This document shows positions 8,598 to 18,924 of a stretch of 64,000 bases of DNA, in pieces. The translations under genes and the position numbers were made by a program. Below the pieces are notes generated by a model. That model did not search any database, was not told where the DNA came from, and saw nothing but the letters and a program-made list of their open reading frames with translations. The first letter of the stretch is position 1; each line of letters begins with the position of its first letter. Source of the DNA: Vulcanimicrobiales bacterium (GTDB lineage Bacteria; Vulcanimicrobiota; Vulcanimicrobiia; Vulcanimicrobiales; Vulcanimicrobiaceae); contig JBBQQR010000005.1 of the NCBI GenBank assembly GCA_038215615.1, positions 1 to 64,000 on the forward strand, read 5' to 3'.

Positions 8598-10395
8598 GCG
8601 CGCCTTAGGAATTCCGGCCCTGCTCCTGACGCTGGCTGCGGTCCCGGCGCCGCTGGTCGTCGGCTCGGTCCGTGACCAGGAAGGCGCTCCCATTCCCGGC
8701 GCGTCGGTAGCCGCCGGGGCGTTGCGCACGACAACCGGCGCCGACGGTACTTTCGCCCTCCAGGCCGGCGGTGTTCGCTCGCTGCGCATAACGTGTTCTT
8801 ACTGCAAACCCGTCGTCGTCGGCGTGCAAGACTCGGAACCGGTTGTGGCCATCGTGCTGCGATACCGCGCGCTGAGCGACAGCTCGCCATCGGCGCGCGA
8901 TCTGCGCTCGCTTCCCTATTCGCGTGCGGAATCCGCAATCTCGCTGCATCCGTTCGTCGTGCTGACCGACAGCCGCGCATTCTTGCCGGGCGCGCGTCTG
9001 GCGGATCGCGCGGCTTCGGCACAAGGCGGCGCCATCATCGATAACGGCATTCCCGATTACGATATTGCCGCCAATGTCTCGATGCTGCCGGTCATTCCGC
9101 CGTTCGACCTGCGGTCGGCCGATGCGTTGGCTCCGGGTCAAACCTCATACACGGGCGATCAGCTCGCCGGCGGCGTCTTTTTTCTGAACGACATTCCGGC
9201 ACAGGGCTCAGATGCATCGCTCACCGGCGGCAGCGGCTACGCCGCACGCCGCGGAGTATTCACACCCGGCGCTGCATACGCGTTCTCCGCTGCCGCCAAC
9301 AACGCGGCAACGAGCGCGCGTGTCGCAGCGCAGCTGCACGTTCCCGCCGGCGGTGACTCGCTCGATCTTTCCCTAATCAGTGCGCGCGCCGGCCTCACGC
9401 GCAGCTCCATTTTAAGCCGCGAAGCGACCCAAGGTTTTCGGGCGCAATACCAGCGCGAACGCGACACGGCGCTGCAAGCCACTTTCGTTGCAGACCGCGC
9501 CGGCTACAACACCTCGTTCGCTTCGGCGCCGCTCAGCTCGACGTGGAGCGATCTCGTGGGCGACCTCTCCGTTTCGTCGCAAACGCACGCGCAAATCTTC
9601 GGAGACTTCGGGCTGCGCCAATCGACGGGCTCGTACGATGCGGATAGGTTTCGCTTGCGCATCGCCGGTTCGGTTTCGCAAACGCACATCGAGACGGGCG
9701 TGCAAACGAGCGGCGAAGGATACTCGGCGCGCGCGACAATCGGCGCTTACGCGATCGCTTACAACGGGGGAACCGACGGCAGAGCAAGGCCGCTGCAGGC
9801 GCAAGCACTGGTGCCGTCAGTGTACGTCTCGGGCGCACTTTCGCCGCAGTGGAACGTCGAGCTGTACGCCGGCTCGTCGTTCCGCCTGCCCACGTTGCTC
9901 GAAGCGTACGGAAGGGTACCCGATCCCGATCTGCACATCGACCGCTACGCCGAGTTCACTCAAACGCTGACGTACTCGGATTTAAACCGGATCAAGATTT
10001 CGATGACGTACATGAGCGAGCAGCTGAGCAGCCTCGACGCGGGGACAGTGCATTCCGCCGGCGCGTCGATCGCGTGGCAGATCGCGCCGGAGCTTTCGCT
10101 GCGCGCGTGGACGATGTGGTTCAACGACACCACCCAGCCGTACGAAAATATCTTGCGCTTCGGGCGCAGCGCGCCCTCGGGTACCCCCGGGTCTCTGTGG
10201 CTCACCTACGAGAACCCTTCGGGCTTGCGAATCGACACGATCTACCGCTCCGATTTTCTCGACGCGCAGCCCGACCGTCACGTGGACGCTTCGATCTCGG
10301 CCCCGCTGGGAAGCGGGCTGCGCTGGTTCGTGGGCACCGAGCGGCGCCAGGCCGCCCGGTCGATCGATGCGGGGATCAAATTCGACCAGCTCTAA
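8593..10395 (+). CDS. TonB-dependent-receptor-like outer-membrane beta-barrel with N-terminal carboxypeptidase-regulatory-like domain
   Basis: GTG start gives a signal peptide; VVGSVRDQEGAPIPGASV..TTGADGTF domain; YAGSSFRLPTLLE barrel motif. Confidence 0.7.
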   Translation: MKRALGIPALLLTLAAVPAPLVVGSVRDQEGAPIPGASVAAGALRTTTGADGTFALQAGGVRSLRITCSYCKPVVVGVQDSEPVVAIVLRYRALSDSSPSARDLRSLPYSRAESAISLHPFVVLTDSRAFLPGARLADRAASAQGGAIIDNGIPDYDIAANVSMLPVIPPFDLRSADALAPGQTSYTGDQLAGGVFFLNDIPAQGSDASLTGGSGYAARRGVFTPGAAYAFSAAANNAATSARVAAQLHVPAGGDSLDLSLISARAGLTRSSILSREATQGFRAQYQRERDTALQATFVADRAGYNTSFASAPLSSTWSDLVGDLSVSSQTHAQIFGDFGLRQSTGSYDADRFRLRIAGSVSQTHIETGVQTSGEGYSARATIGAYAIAYNGGTDGRARPLQAQALVPSVYVSGALSPQWNVELYAGSSFRLPTLLEAYGRVPDPDLHIDRYAEFTQTLTYSDLNRIKISMTYMSEQLSSLDAGTVHSAGASIAWQIAPELSLRAWTMWFNDTTQPYENILRFGRSAPSGTPGSLWLTYENPSGLRIDTIYRSDFLDAQPDRHVDASISAPLGSGLRWFVGTERRQAARSIDAGIKFDQL

Positions 10396-10434
10396 TACCC
10401 CTCACACCAACTTAAGAAAGAGGGTAGTTATCCT

Positions 10435-10692
10435 ATGACAGACTTCCTAAAGCGCTTCAACATCATCGCGCTGGTCCTGGGAGCGATGCTTCTGGGCTCG
10501 ATCGTCACCGGCACGACCGTTGCCGCCGCCTACCAAGGGCACATGGTTGCCGCCCAAAATCAGCTCGGATTCGCGCTGAATCAACTCAACATGGCAATGG
10601 CAGACAAAGCCGGCCACCGCGCACAGGCGATCTCACTCGTCAAACAAGCGCGGACGCAAGTGCAACTGGGCATCCAGGCGGGCGCGAAGTAA
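10435..10692 (+). CDS. Small secreted helical-hairpin protein
   Basis: Signal peptide followed by a QGHM...DKAGHRAQAISLV helical pattern. Confidence 0.7.
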   Translation: MTDFLKRFNIIALVLGAMLLGSIVTGTTVAAAYQGHMVAAQNQLGFALNQLNMAMADKAGHRAQAISLVKQARTQVQLGIQAGAK

Positions 10693-12482
10693 AGACCGCG
10701 ATCCGCTTCGCTGCGATTGGTGGATTGCTGATTTTCAGCTTTCTGCCGGTCGCGGCTTTTTCTGCGCCCGAACCCGTTGCGGGCGTCGTCGTCGATCGCG
10801 ACGGACAGGCGATCGATAAGGCCGACATCCATTTTTATGCCGAGAACGCGCGCGAAGTCGGGAAGGGCCGATCCGACAAACGAGGCCGCTTTTCGATCGC
10901 TGTGAGCGATCCGCCCGAAACCTGGAGCATCGAAGCCAAGGGTTTTGAAAGCCGCACGCTGCGCTTCACCGAACTCGGTTCGAACGCGATCGTTCTCTAT
11001 CCGCGCGAGCCCAAATCGCCCGCGAAAATCGACGGCGCGGATTTTGCCGTCCTGCCCTATCAAGATACCGGTTACATCTTCGCGCTCGCGCCTTTCGCCG
11101 TGATTCAAGGCGGCGGCGCCATCGGCGTGGGCGACCGTGGTTTGAGCGGCAGCGCAAATGCGCTCCAGAGCAACGGCACGACGTTTGAAAGCGTGCCCGC
11201 GCATTATCTTTCGTTCGCCGGAATCGCGGACGCATTTCATTCGTTCCGCTACTCCGACGGCGCCGCGGGACACTATACGCTCGGTTTCGATAAGGCCGCC
11301 GGAAGTTCGCTGCAAGCCGGCGGGGGATCGCTTCAGATCGACTCGCTGCAAGGCCGCGCCGGCGACGTCGCGTTCGGCTACGGATATAGCGCGGGCGATC
11401 TGACGCAGCATTCGCGCGTCGATCTGATTTCGCGGACTCCGCTGGGCGCCGGCAAACTGCTCGTGGTCGCGGGCCGCAGTTTCTTGGTCGATCAAAGCGG
11501 CAGCACCGAAGAACTCGGCAATTCGAGCGCGACGGAGCTGCGTCTCGACGAACCGTGGCTCGGCTCGACGGCAACGTTCGAACTCAAAGCCAAGCAAAAG
11601 ATCAAAAACAAACTCGCCGACTATCTGGAGTCCGATAGCGAGGTCGAAGGCGAGTTCCGGCTGCGCAACAGCGGCGCGCTTTTCGGCAACGAGATCGGCG
11701 TCAAGATGACGCGCGACACCGGCGTGCGTAATTATACGACCAAAATGTACAGCGGATCCGCGTTGACGAGCGAAATCTTCGCGACCCAAACGTATCAGGG
11801 CACGCGCTTCGCCGCCCACGCGACGGTCGCGTGGTACGGATTGCACGACGCGGGCGTTACAAAAAAACTTCCCGGCGGAGTCTCGCAGACCGCCGCGGGG
11901 CTAGCCGCCTCACTGCGGGCTAGCTGGCAGCTCACCAACCGCGTCGCGCTCGAAGCGTCGCGCGGAAATTTCGAGGATACGCCGTCGGTCAGCGGCCAAT
12001 TTTTCGCCGATCCCGTCCCGGGGCTCGTGCTCAACCGCAGCAACCTTACCGAGGGTTCAATCGTTTACGGTTCGCCGGGTGGATTCCAAGCGGAGGTGAC
12101 CGGTTATTCCGAGCGTTACACGACGGCACTTCCCACGACGCAGGTCAGCGGCTTTGGCGTTGCCGTGGACTGGCCGCTCGCGCGCGATTTTCGTCTGCGG
12201 GCCTGGACCCTTTCGCTTCACAACAGCGCCGCCGGCGTTTCTACGGCAAATCTTGGTCCGTCGCTGGGACGTGACGTCGCGTGGCTGACGTATTACGGCG
12301 GCCGCCGAACGCGCTTCGATGTGATCTACCGGCGCGAGACGGATCCCGTCGAGTTTGGCCGGTATGTCGACGCGGATGCGGCGATCGCGATCGCCCCGCA
12401 TCTTTCGCTGATCGGCACGATGGAACACCACAGCGCAACGTCGTCCTATGGACTGAGTCTGAGCTTCGAAGAACGGCCATGA
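10689..12482 (+). CDS. Second TonB-receptor-like outer-membrane protein, paralog of 8593-10395 (start uncertain; first canonical start TTG 10725)
   Basis: VAGVVVDRDGQAI N-domain; LPY, PF.V, LRAWT, WLTY and D.IYR motifs shared with the paralog. Confidence 0.65.
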   Translation, partial: VKTAIRFAAIGGLLIFSFLPVAAFSAPEPVAGVVVDRDGQAIDKADIHFYAENAREVGKGRSDKRGRFSIAVSDPPETWSIEAKGFESRTLRFTELGSNAIVLYPREPKSPAKIDGADFAVLPYQDTGYIFALAPFAVIQGGGAIGVGDRGLSGSANALQSNGTTFESVPAHYLSFAGIADAFHSFRYSDGAAGHYTLGFDKAAGSSLQAGGGSLQIDSLQGRAGDVAFGYGYSAGDLTQHSRVDLISRTPLGAGKLLVVAGRSFLVDQSGSTEELGNSSATELRLDEPWLGSTATFELKAKQKIKNKLADYLESDSEVEGEFRLRNSGALFGNEIGVKMTRDTGVRNYTTKMYSGSALTSEIFATQTYQGTRFAAHATVAWYGLHDAGVTKKLPGGVSQTAAGLAASLRASWQLTNRVALEASRGNFEDTPSVSGQFFADPVPGLVLNRSNLTEGSIVYGSPGGFQAEVTGYSERYTTALPTTQVSGFGVAVDWPLARDFRLRAWTLSLHNSAAGVSTANLGPSLGRDVAWLTYYGGRRTRFDVIYRRETDPVEFGRYVDADAAIAIAPHLSLIGTMEHHSATSSYGLSLSFEERP

Positions 12483-13945
12483 CACTTCGCAGCGGTTTCG
12501 CGCTTCTTGTTGTGGCGAGCGCCCTCACCGCGTGCCACGGCGCGATCGGCGGTTTACCCGACTCCAGCGCCACACCCCGGGCGCGCGCGACACCGCCGCG
12601 CTTCGGTCAGATCGCCGGGCACACGAACTACACCGCCTACATGTTTCACAATTACTCGGCCTCTAACGGTCTGCCGACGTCGCCGCCCAACGACGGCGGC
12701 CTGCCCAAGGGAACGCTGACCCTCGTGCAGTCGGGAAATGCAACGACGCTCTACGGACGCACGCCGGCCGGCGGAGCGAACATCGGACACAACGGCATCG
12801 GCTGCGGTACGGTCTTTAGTACGAACACCGCTTTCACGAGCTACAGCGTCGTGTACGCATTTAGTGGAAGCGATGGCTGCGATCCGCGGCACGATGCCAT
12901 GGTTCCGATCAACGGCTCGCTGTACTTCGCTACCCAAGGCGTCAACGATACGTCCACGGACACCTACAACAACGGCGACGCACACGCGCTCGTGCCGGGC
13001 GGCACGCCCTCGGTCGTGCTGGCCTACGCCGGCGCGCCGAACCAAGGCGCGCAGCAGCACAGCTCGTTCACCCTCGATCAAATGTTTGGCAACGTCATGT
13101 TCGGACAAACCGCCAACGGCGGTGCGAAAGACGAAGGCCAGGTATATGCGATCACACCGAGCGGGTCGGCATATTATCCCATCCACGAGTTCAGCAAGAG
13201 TGAAGGCACCGAACCGCACGGCCGGATCATTCAGCTCGGGTCGACGCTGTGGGGAATAACACGCAGCGACGGCGCCGGTGGGGGCGGGACCGTTTTTTCT
13301 TTGGCCTTGACCTACAGCAACGGCATTCCGCAGCCGCAGCCCACGATCAACATTATCCACGCGTTCGTCAGCGGCGGATCCGACGCGTACTTTTCCGATC
13401 ACGGCTATTTGACACCCGTGACTGAAGCCGGTCAAACGATGCTGTACGGCTTAACGCAATGCGGCGGCGGTGGAACCGGCGGCGACAGCCATCACTGCGG
13501 AAGCGGGATGGGCGACGGTGCTATCATCCGCGTCATTCCGCACCTGACCAACGGACAGTATGACGGTACGGGAACATACAGCGTCTACTATGCCTTCCAA
13601 GGGCAGGACACCGCGCTGCCCAACGGCGAGCACGACGGCGCCGATCCCTACGGATCGCTGTACTACGATTCGGCTTCCGGATATCTCTACGGCATGACCG
13701 CCTACGGAGGTTCGAGCGACGATGACGGCACGGTATTTCGCTTCATTCCGGGATCGCTCTCAACGTATGAAGTGCTCTATCATTTCACCGGCAAAAACGG
13801 CGACGGCGCCAAGCCCATCGACAACGTCGTTCTCTCGGGCGGATTGATATACGGAATGACCGTGTACGGCGGAACGACCGACGACTCGCTCGACGGCACC
13901 AAAGGCGGCGGCAACGGCACGATTTTCGCTATCCCCGTGCCGTAA
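12479..13945 (+). CDS. Lipoprotein with tandem beta-propeller-type repeats (GloVer-like)
   Basis: Lipobox LTAC; repeated LYG.T..GG....G.VF and Y.F.G..DG..P units; ATGA overlap with the upstream gene. Confidence 0.75.
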   Translation: MTLRSGFALLVVASALTACHGAIGGLPDSSATPRARATPPRFGQIAGHTNYTAYMFHNYSASNGLPTSPPNDGGLPKGTLTLVQSGNATTLYGRTPAGGANIGHNGIGCGTVFSTNTAFTSYSVVYAFSGSDGCDPRHDAMVPINGSLYFATQGVNDTSTDTYNNGDAHALVPGGTPSVVLAYAGAPNQGAQQHSSFTLDQMFGNVMFGQTANGGAKDEGQVYAITPSGSAYYPIHEFSKSEGTEPHGRIIQLGSTLWGITRSDGAGGGGTVFSLALTYSNGIPQPQPTINIIHAFVSGGSDAYFSDHGYLTPVTEAGQTMLYGLTQCGGGGTGGDSHHCGSGMGDGAIIRVIPHLTNGQYDGTGTYSVYYAFQGQDTALPNGEHDGADPYGSLYYDSASGYLYGMTAYGGSSDDDGTVFRFIPGSLSTYEVLYHFTGKNGDGAKPIDNVVLSGGLIYGMTVYGGTTDDSLDGTKGGGNGTIFAIPVP

Positions 13946-13957
13946 TGACCTTTGCGT

Positions 13958-13987
13958 TTGACGCGCACGGCGGTTGTGTGCCATAGT
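13958..13987 (+). promoter_or_regulatory. Sigma70-type promoter of the DEAD-box helicase
   Basis: TTGACG-N18-CATAGT with extended -10 TG. Confidence 0.55.
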
Positions 13988-14052
13988 GAAGGCCACTCCT
14001 GCGCGATCTTTCGAATACGATTGAGCCGCGCTCTCTTCGAAAGATCTCCAAA

Positions 14053-15234
14053 ATTAACACCTTCGATCAACTAGGCCTACAGCCGGCGTTGCTGCGTGCC
14101 GTGCACGACCTCAAATTCACCGAACCGACGCCGATTCAAATGCTGTCGATTCCGCCGGGTCTCGCCGGCCGCGACGTGCTCGCAAGCGCCGAAACGGGCA
14201 GTGGAAAATCCGCCGCTTTCGGCTTGCCGATTCTCAACAAATTGATGGGCATGCCGCGTGGAAAAACGCGCGCCCTGATTCTGGCTCCGACCCGCGAACT
14301 CGCCGACCAGATCGCAGCGCATTTGAAGCTGCTGGCGAAATATACCGACGTTCGCATAGCAGCCGTTTACGGCGGCGTCGGATTCGCTCCGCAGGCCGTC
14401 GCTTTTAAACGGGGCAGCGACATCATCGTCGCCACGCCGGGACGCCTGCTCGATCACATCGAGCGCGGCACGGCAAAACTGGGCGATGTCTCGCTGCTCG
14501 TCCTTGACGAAGCCGACCGCATGCTCGATATGGGCTTCCTACCGCCCGTACGGCGCATCCTGAGATACGTCGCTCGCGAGCGTCAAACGTTTTTCTTCTC
14601 GGCAACGCTGCCGCCGGCGATCGCCGGACTGGTTCGCGAGATGCTGCACGATCCGGAGCGGGTCGAACTGGCCGCCAAAGCGTCGCCGGTTGCCGGTCTG
14701 ACGCAAACGGTCTACGCCGTGCCGAACGAAAAGAAGACCGATCTCTTTTTGGAGTTGCTCAAAGACAACACGATCTACTCGGCGATCGCATTCACGCGAA
14801 CGAAAGCTCGCGCGAACCGGCTTGCAGCGGCGCTCGAAAAGCATCGCATTCCGTCGGATCTGATCCACGGTGACCGCTCGCAGTCGCAGCGCACGCGCGC
14901 GCTCGAAGATTTCAAACGCGGCAAGCACCGCGTGCTGGTCGCGACCGACATCGCGGCACGCGGCATCGACATCCTCGAACTCGGGCACGTGGTAAACTAC
15001 GACGTCCCGCGCGCGGCCGAAGATTATATGCACCGCATCGGCCGTACGGCCCGCGCGAAATCGACGGGTGATGCGATAACCTTCGTCTCCTCGGATGAAG
15101 AGCCGCTGATGAAGCAGATCGAGTACGCGCTGGGCAAGCGCCTGGATCGCACCAAGAATCCGCTCTTCCCCGACGCCAGCATCGCGCCGCCCAAGGCTCA
15201 GGTGGTCTACCGGTCGCGTACGCGCCGCCGCTAG
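14053..15234 (+). CDS. DEAD-box RNA helicase (RhlE/CshA-like); probable ATT start
   Basis: Q motif (FDQLGL..PTPIQ), ETGSGKS, PTRELA, DEAD, SAT, ARGID, HRIGRTAR. Confidence 0.95.
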   Translation: MNTFDQLGLQPALLRAVHDLKFTEPTPIQMLSIPPGLAGRDVLASAETGSGKSAAFGLPILNKLMGMPRGKTRALILAPTRELADQIAAHLKLLAKYTDVRIAAVYGGVGFAPQAVAFKRGSDIIVATPGRLLDHIERGTAKLGDVSLLVLDEADRMLDMGFLPPVRRILRYVARERQTFFFSATLPPAIAGLVREMLHDPERVELAAKASPVAGLTQTVYAVPNEKKTDLFLELLKDNTIYSAIAFTRTKARANRLAAALEKHRIPSDLIHGDRSQSQRTRALEDFKRGKHRVLVATDIAARGIDILELGHVVNYDVPRAAEDYMHRIGRTARAKSTGDAITFVSSDEEPLMKQIEYALGKRLDRTKNPLFPDASIAPPKAQVVYRSRTRRR

Positions 15235-15314
15235 AGCCAGGGCGATTCCGGCACCGTCCCGAACGGGACGGGCCTCATAATAAAACGATAAACAACTAAA
15301 AATAGGAGTAAATT

Positions 15315-17537
15315 GTGCCTGAATCCGTCTCATTAGAGATCGGCGGGCGCACGATGACCATCGAGACCGGCGAGCTCGCGAAACAAGCGAACGGCTCCGC
15401 CCTGGTCCGGTATGGCGACCAAAATGTCGTGCTCTGCGCCGTCACTGCCTCCGAGAAACCTCGTGAAGGCATCGACTTCTTCCCCTTAACCTGCGATTTC
15501 GAAGAGAAAATGTATGCGGCCGGAAAAATTCCGGGCGGTTACATTAAACGCGAAGGCCGCCCGTCCGAACACGGCGTGCTGAGTTCGCGGCAAATCGATC
15601 GCCCGATCCGTCCGCTCTTTCCCGACGGTTTCCGCAACGACATACAGATCGTCGCAAACGTGCTCTCGATCGATCGCGAGCTCGATGCCGACGTACTGGG
15701 CGTTTGCGCAGCCGGAGCCGCACTCGCGCTTTCGGATATTCCGTTCGACAAGACGGTGGCCGCCGTTCGCGTCGGCCGGGATGAAGACGGCGCATACATT
15801 TGCAATCCCACCCTGCCACAGTACGTGACCGGCGGCATGGACCTCGTGATCGCCGGCACGGCCGACGCGGTCATGATGGTCGAAGGCGGCGGAAATGAAA
15901 TCACCGAGGACGATTTCCTGGGTGCGATCGAATTCGCGCACGAGCAGATCAAACTGATCGTCGCGTCGATCGACAAGCTCGTGAAAAAATCCGGCAAGAA
16001 AAAACGCGAGTTCCCGCTGCTGCGCCCCAACTCCGATCTCGAAAAATGGATGCGCAAGACCTTCAAAGACGATGTTGCTAAGGGCATGCGCGTCACCGAG
16101 AAACTGGAACGGGAGCAGACGCTCGGCAAGATCAGTGTTGACGAAGCGATCGCGCGCTGCAAGGATCCGGAAATAAAGGCGCTCCTTGAGGATAAGGTGC
16201 TCGCCAAAGACTTCAGCAAGATCCTCAAATCCATGGAAGAGGACGAGCTGCGCGTCATGGTCGTCGACGAAAAAGTTCGTCCGGACGGACGCAAGCCCGA
16301 CCAAATCCGCGAAATCTGGTCCAAAGTCCATTACGTGCCGCGCGTGCACGGTTCGGGCCTTTTCCAGCGCGGACAGACGCAAGTTTTCACGGCTGCAACG
16401 CTCGGATCGATCGGCGATGCGCAGCGTTTGGACGGCATCCTCGATCTCGGATCGCAGAAGCGCTATATGCACTTCTACAATTTCCCGCCTTTCTCGGTCG
16501 GCGAGACACGTCCGATGCGCGGACCCGGCCGCCGCGAGATCGGCCACGGCCATCTGGCGGAACGCGCGCTCGTTCCGGTGCTGCCGTTAAAAGAAGACTT
16601 CCCCTACACGCTGCGACTGATCAGCGAAGTGCTTGAATCCAACGGATCCTCGTCCATGGCGTCGGTCTGCGGAAGCTCGCTCGCGCTGATGGACGCCGGC
16701 GTTCCGATTCGCGAGCACGTCGCGGGCGTCGCGATGGGCTTGATCCTTAAGGGCGACAAGTACACGATTCTCACCGACATCCAGGGAATGGAGGATGCGC
16801 TGGGCGAGATGGACTTCAAAGTTGCGGGCACCAAAAAAGGCATTACCGCAATTCAGATGGACATCAAAGTGCAGGGCGTCACCGTGCAGATCATGCGCGA
16901 AGCGATGGCCGAGGCCAAAAAATCGCGCCTGTTCATCATCGGTAAACTTGAAGAAACAATCGCGCAGCCGCGTGAAGAGCTCTCGAAGTACGCTCCGCGC
17001 ATGATCGTGGTCCAGATCAATCCGGCCAAAATCAAAGACGTTATCGGCCCCGGCGGAAAGATCATCAACAAGATCATCGAGGAAACCGGCATCGAGAAAA
17101 TGGATATCGAGGACGACGGCAAGGTGTATATCACCGCGCTCGACGGCGAGTCGGCTGAAAAAGCCCGCGCGCAAGTCGAGGCGATCACCAAAGACATTGT
17201 CGTCGGCGAAACCTACAAAGGTGAAGTCACACGCATCATTGCCATCGGCGCGTTCGTCAAGATCCTGCCGGGCAAAGAAGGCTTAGTGCACATCAGCCAA
17301 CTCGCGCCGACACGCGTTGAAAGAGTCGAAGACATCGTCAAAGTCGGAGACGAGCTCGCGGTCAAAGTCATGGAGGTAGACGGCCAAGGCCGTCTCAATC
17401 TCTCGCACAAGGCCACGCTGGCCGGCGCGTCCGGAAACGGGTCGTTCGAACCCGAACCCGCACGCAGCGGTGAAGGCGGCTTCGGCGGAGGCAGCGGCGG
17501 AAGCCGCCGTCCGCGCAGACCGCGGCGCCGCGAGTAG
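15315..17537 (+). CDS. pnp: Polyribonucleotide nucleotidyltransferase
   Basis: [38 protein letters not shown] and S1 domains; AGGAG SD. Confidence 0.98.
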   Translation: MPESVSLEIGGRTMTIETGELAKQANGSALVRYGDQNVVLCAVTASEKPREGIDFFPLTCDFEEKMYAAGKIPGGYIKREGRPSEHGVLSSRQIDRPIRPLFPDGFRNDIQIVANVLSIDRELDADVLGVCAAGAALALSDIPFDKTVAAVRVGRDEDGAYICNPTLPQYVTGGMDLVIAGTADAVMMVEGGGNEITEDDFLGAIEFAHEQIKLIVASIDKLVKKSGKKKREFPLLRPNSDLEKWMRKTFKDDVAKGMRVTEKLEREQTLGKISVDEAIARCKDPEIKALLEDKVLAKDFSKILKSMEEDELRVMVVDEKVRPDGRKPDQIREIWSKVHYVPRVHGSGLFQRGQTQVFTAATLGSIGDAQRLDGILDLGSQKRYMHFYNFPPFSVGETRPMRGPGRREIGHGHLAERALVPVLPLKEDFPYTLRLISEVLESNGSSSMASVCGSSLALMDAGVPIREHVAGVAMGLILKGDKYTILTDIQGMEDALGEMDFKVAGTKKGITAIQMDIKVQGVTVQIMREAMAEAKKSRLFIIGKLEETIAQPREELSKYAPRMIVVQINPAKIKDVIGPGGKIINKIIEETGIEKMDIEDDGKVYITALDGESAEKARAQVEAITKDIVVGETYKGEVTRIIAIGAFVKILPGKEGLVHISQLAPTRVERVEDIVKVGDELAVKVMEVDGQGRLNLSHKATLAGASGNGSFEPEPARSGEGGFGGGSGGSRRPRRPRRRE

Positions 17538-17560
17538 CGACCGAACGACTGTCGAATGGT

Positions 17561-17590
17561 AAGAGCCGCAGAAATGCGGCTCTTTCTTCT
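17561..17590 (+). terminator. Intrinsic terminator after pnp
   Basis: AAGAGCCGCA-GAAA-TGCGGCTCTT followed by TCTTCT. Confidence 0.8.
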
Positions 17591-17605
17591 ATAAAAGGAA
17601 GTACT

Positions 17606-18091
17606 ATGAAGGCTCGCTCATCGATGATCCCTTTGGTCTTTGCCGTGCTCGCCGGATTCGCGGGCGGAATGCTTTCGCAGCAGCTGATCAGGCCCGTCCA
17701 GGCCGCGGCCGGCCCGGGCATCGTCACGGCGCAAGATATTCGTCTGGTCGACGCAAACGGCAAGCTGCTGGCGGAGCTCGCGCCGGTGAAGTATCCCGGA
17801 GCTAAGGCTGCGCAGACGCAACTCGTCTTTTTTTCGCCCGATCACTACCAGACGTCGCTGGGCAGCGGCGGACTGTACTTCGGAAAGGGTTACGGCAACG
17901 AGAACCTCGGGATCGGCTTCTCATACGGTAAGTCCGGAAAACCGAGCCCGTCGCTTTTTTTCTGGTTCAACAAAAAAGGCCGCATGGGATTCATGCTCGA
18001 TGCCGACAAAGCCGGCGCACCGTCCGCCTGGATGTACGATGAGAACGGCAAGACGATCTGGTCCGCTCCGGCTCCGGCGCCGACGCCTTGA
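17606..18091 (+). CDS. Hypothetical secreted or membrane-anchored protein
   Basis: AAGGAAG SD, N-terminal hydrophobic helix, beta-rich body. Confidence 0.7.
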   Translation: MKARSSMIPLVFAVLAGFAGGMLSQQLIRPVQAAAGPGIVTAQDIRLVDANGKLLAELAPVKYPGAKAAQTQLVFFSPDHYQTSLGSGGLYFGKGYGNENLGIGFSYGKSGKPSPSLFFWFNKKGRMGFMLDADKAGAPSAWMYDENGKTIWSAPAPAPTP

Positions 18092-18924
18092 AGGAAGCCG
18101 TCCTCGTCACCGGCGCGTCGACCGGAATCGGATACGCCGTAAGCGCGCTGCTCGCAAGTGAAGGCTACACGGTCTTTGCCGGCGTTCGCAACGCGGCCGA
18201 TTCACAACGCCTGGGCGCAATCCCGGGCGTCGCGCCGCTGCAGCTCGACGTCACCGATGCCGAACAGATACGCGATGCGTCGCATACCGTGCACGAAAGT
18301 GGTCAAACGTTGCGCGGCGTGGTCAACAATGCCGGCATCGCGATCCCGGGCCCGCTGGAGTTTTTGCCGGTCGATGAGCTGCGCCGTCAATTTGAGGTGA
18401 ACTTCTTCGGAGCGATCGGCGTCACGCAAGCCTATCTGCCGATGCTCCGCGCTTCGCAGGGACGGATCGTTTTTATCAGCTCGATCTCGGGCCAGATCGC
18501 TTCGGCCTTCGTCGGCGCTTACAGCTCTTCGAAGTTCGCGTTGGAAGCGGCCGCCGATGTGTTGCGCATGGAGCTGCGCGGTTCGGGCGTCGGCGTCTGC
18601 GTCGTTCAGCCGGGCAACGTCGACACGCCGATTTGGAATAAAGGGCGCGGCCAGAAAGACTCGCTCCTCGCGCGAGCTCCGCAAGTCAGCGACTACTACG
18701 AAAAGCACCTCAACGCGCTCGCGAGTTTGAGCGAAAGCCAGAAGCGCAGCGGAATCGATCCGGTCGTCGTCGCGCGCGTCGTGCTTCACGCGCTGACGGC
18801 GAAAAAACCGCGCGCGCGCTACTCAGTCGGAGCACCCGCGGGCTGGATGCGCCGGATCTTCACCGCGCTCCCCGAGCATGTGCGCGACCGCACGCTGATG
18901 CGCCGCATGGGGTTCGAGGAATGA
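18088..18924 (+). CDS. Short-chain dehydrogenase/reductase
   Basis: TGASTGIG, NNAG and YSSSK motifs. Confidence 0.95.
   Translation: MKEAVLVTGASTGIGYAVSALLASEGYTVFAGVRNAADSQRLGAIPGVAPLQLDVTDAEQIRDASHTVHESGQTLRGVVNNAGIAIPGPLEFLPVDELRRQFEVNFFGAIGVTQAYLPMLRASQGRIVFISSISGQIASAFVGAYSSSKFALEAAADVLRMELRGSGVGVCVVQPGNVDTPIWNKGRGQKDSLLARAPQVSDYYEKHLNALASLSESQKRSGIDPVVVARVVLHALTAKKPRARYSVGAPAGWMRRIFTALPEHVRDRTLMRRMGFEE

Noticed and set aside
10581..11846. 421-aa minus-strand ORF, and similar long shadows (15486-16553, 41159-42466, 47751-48887, 58936-59985)
   Set aside because: Each lies opposite a well-supported gene and has no family motif.
12479..13945. CRISPR-like or DNA tandem repeats
   Set aside because: Repeats are degenerate and at protein level only; no regularly spaced identical DNA repeats were seen anywhere in the window.
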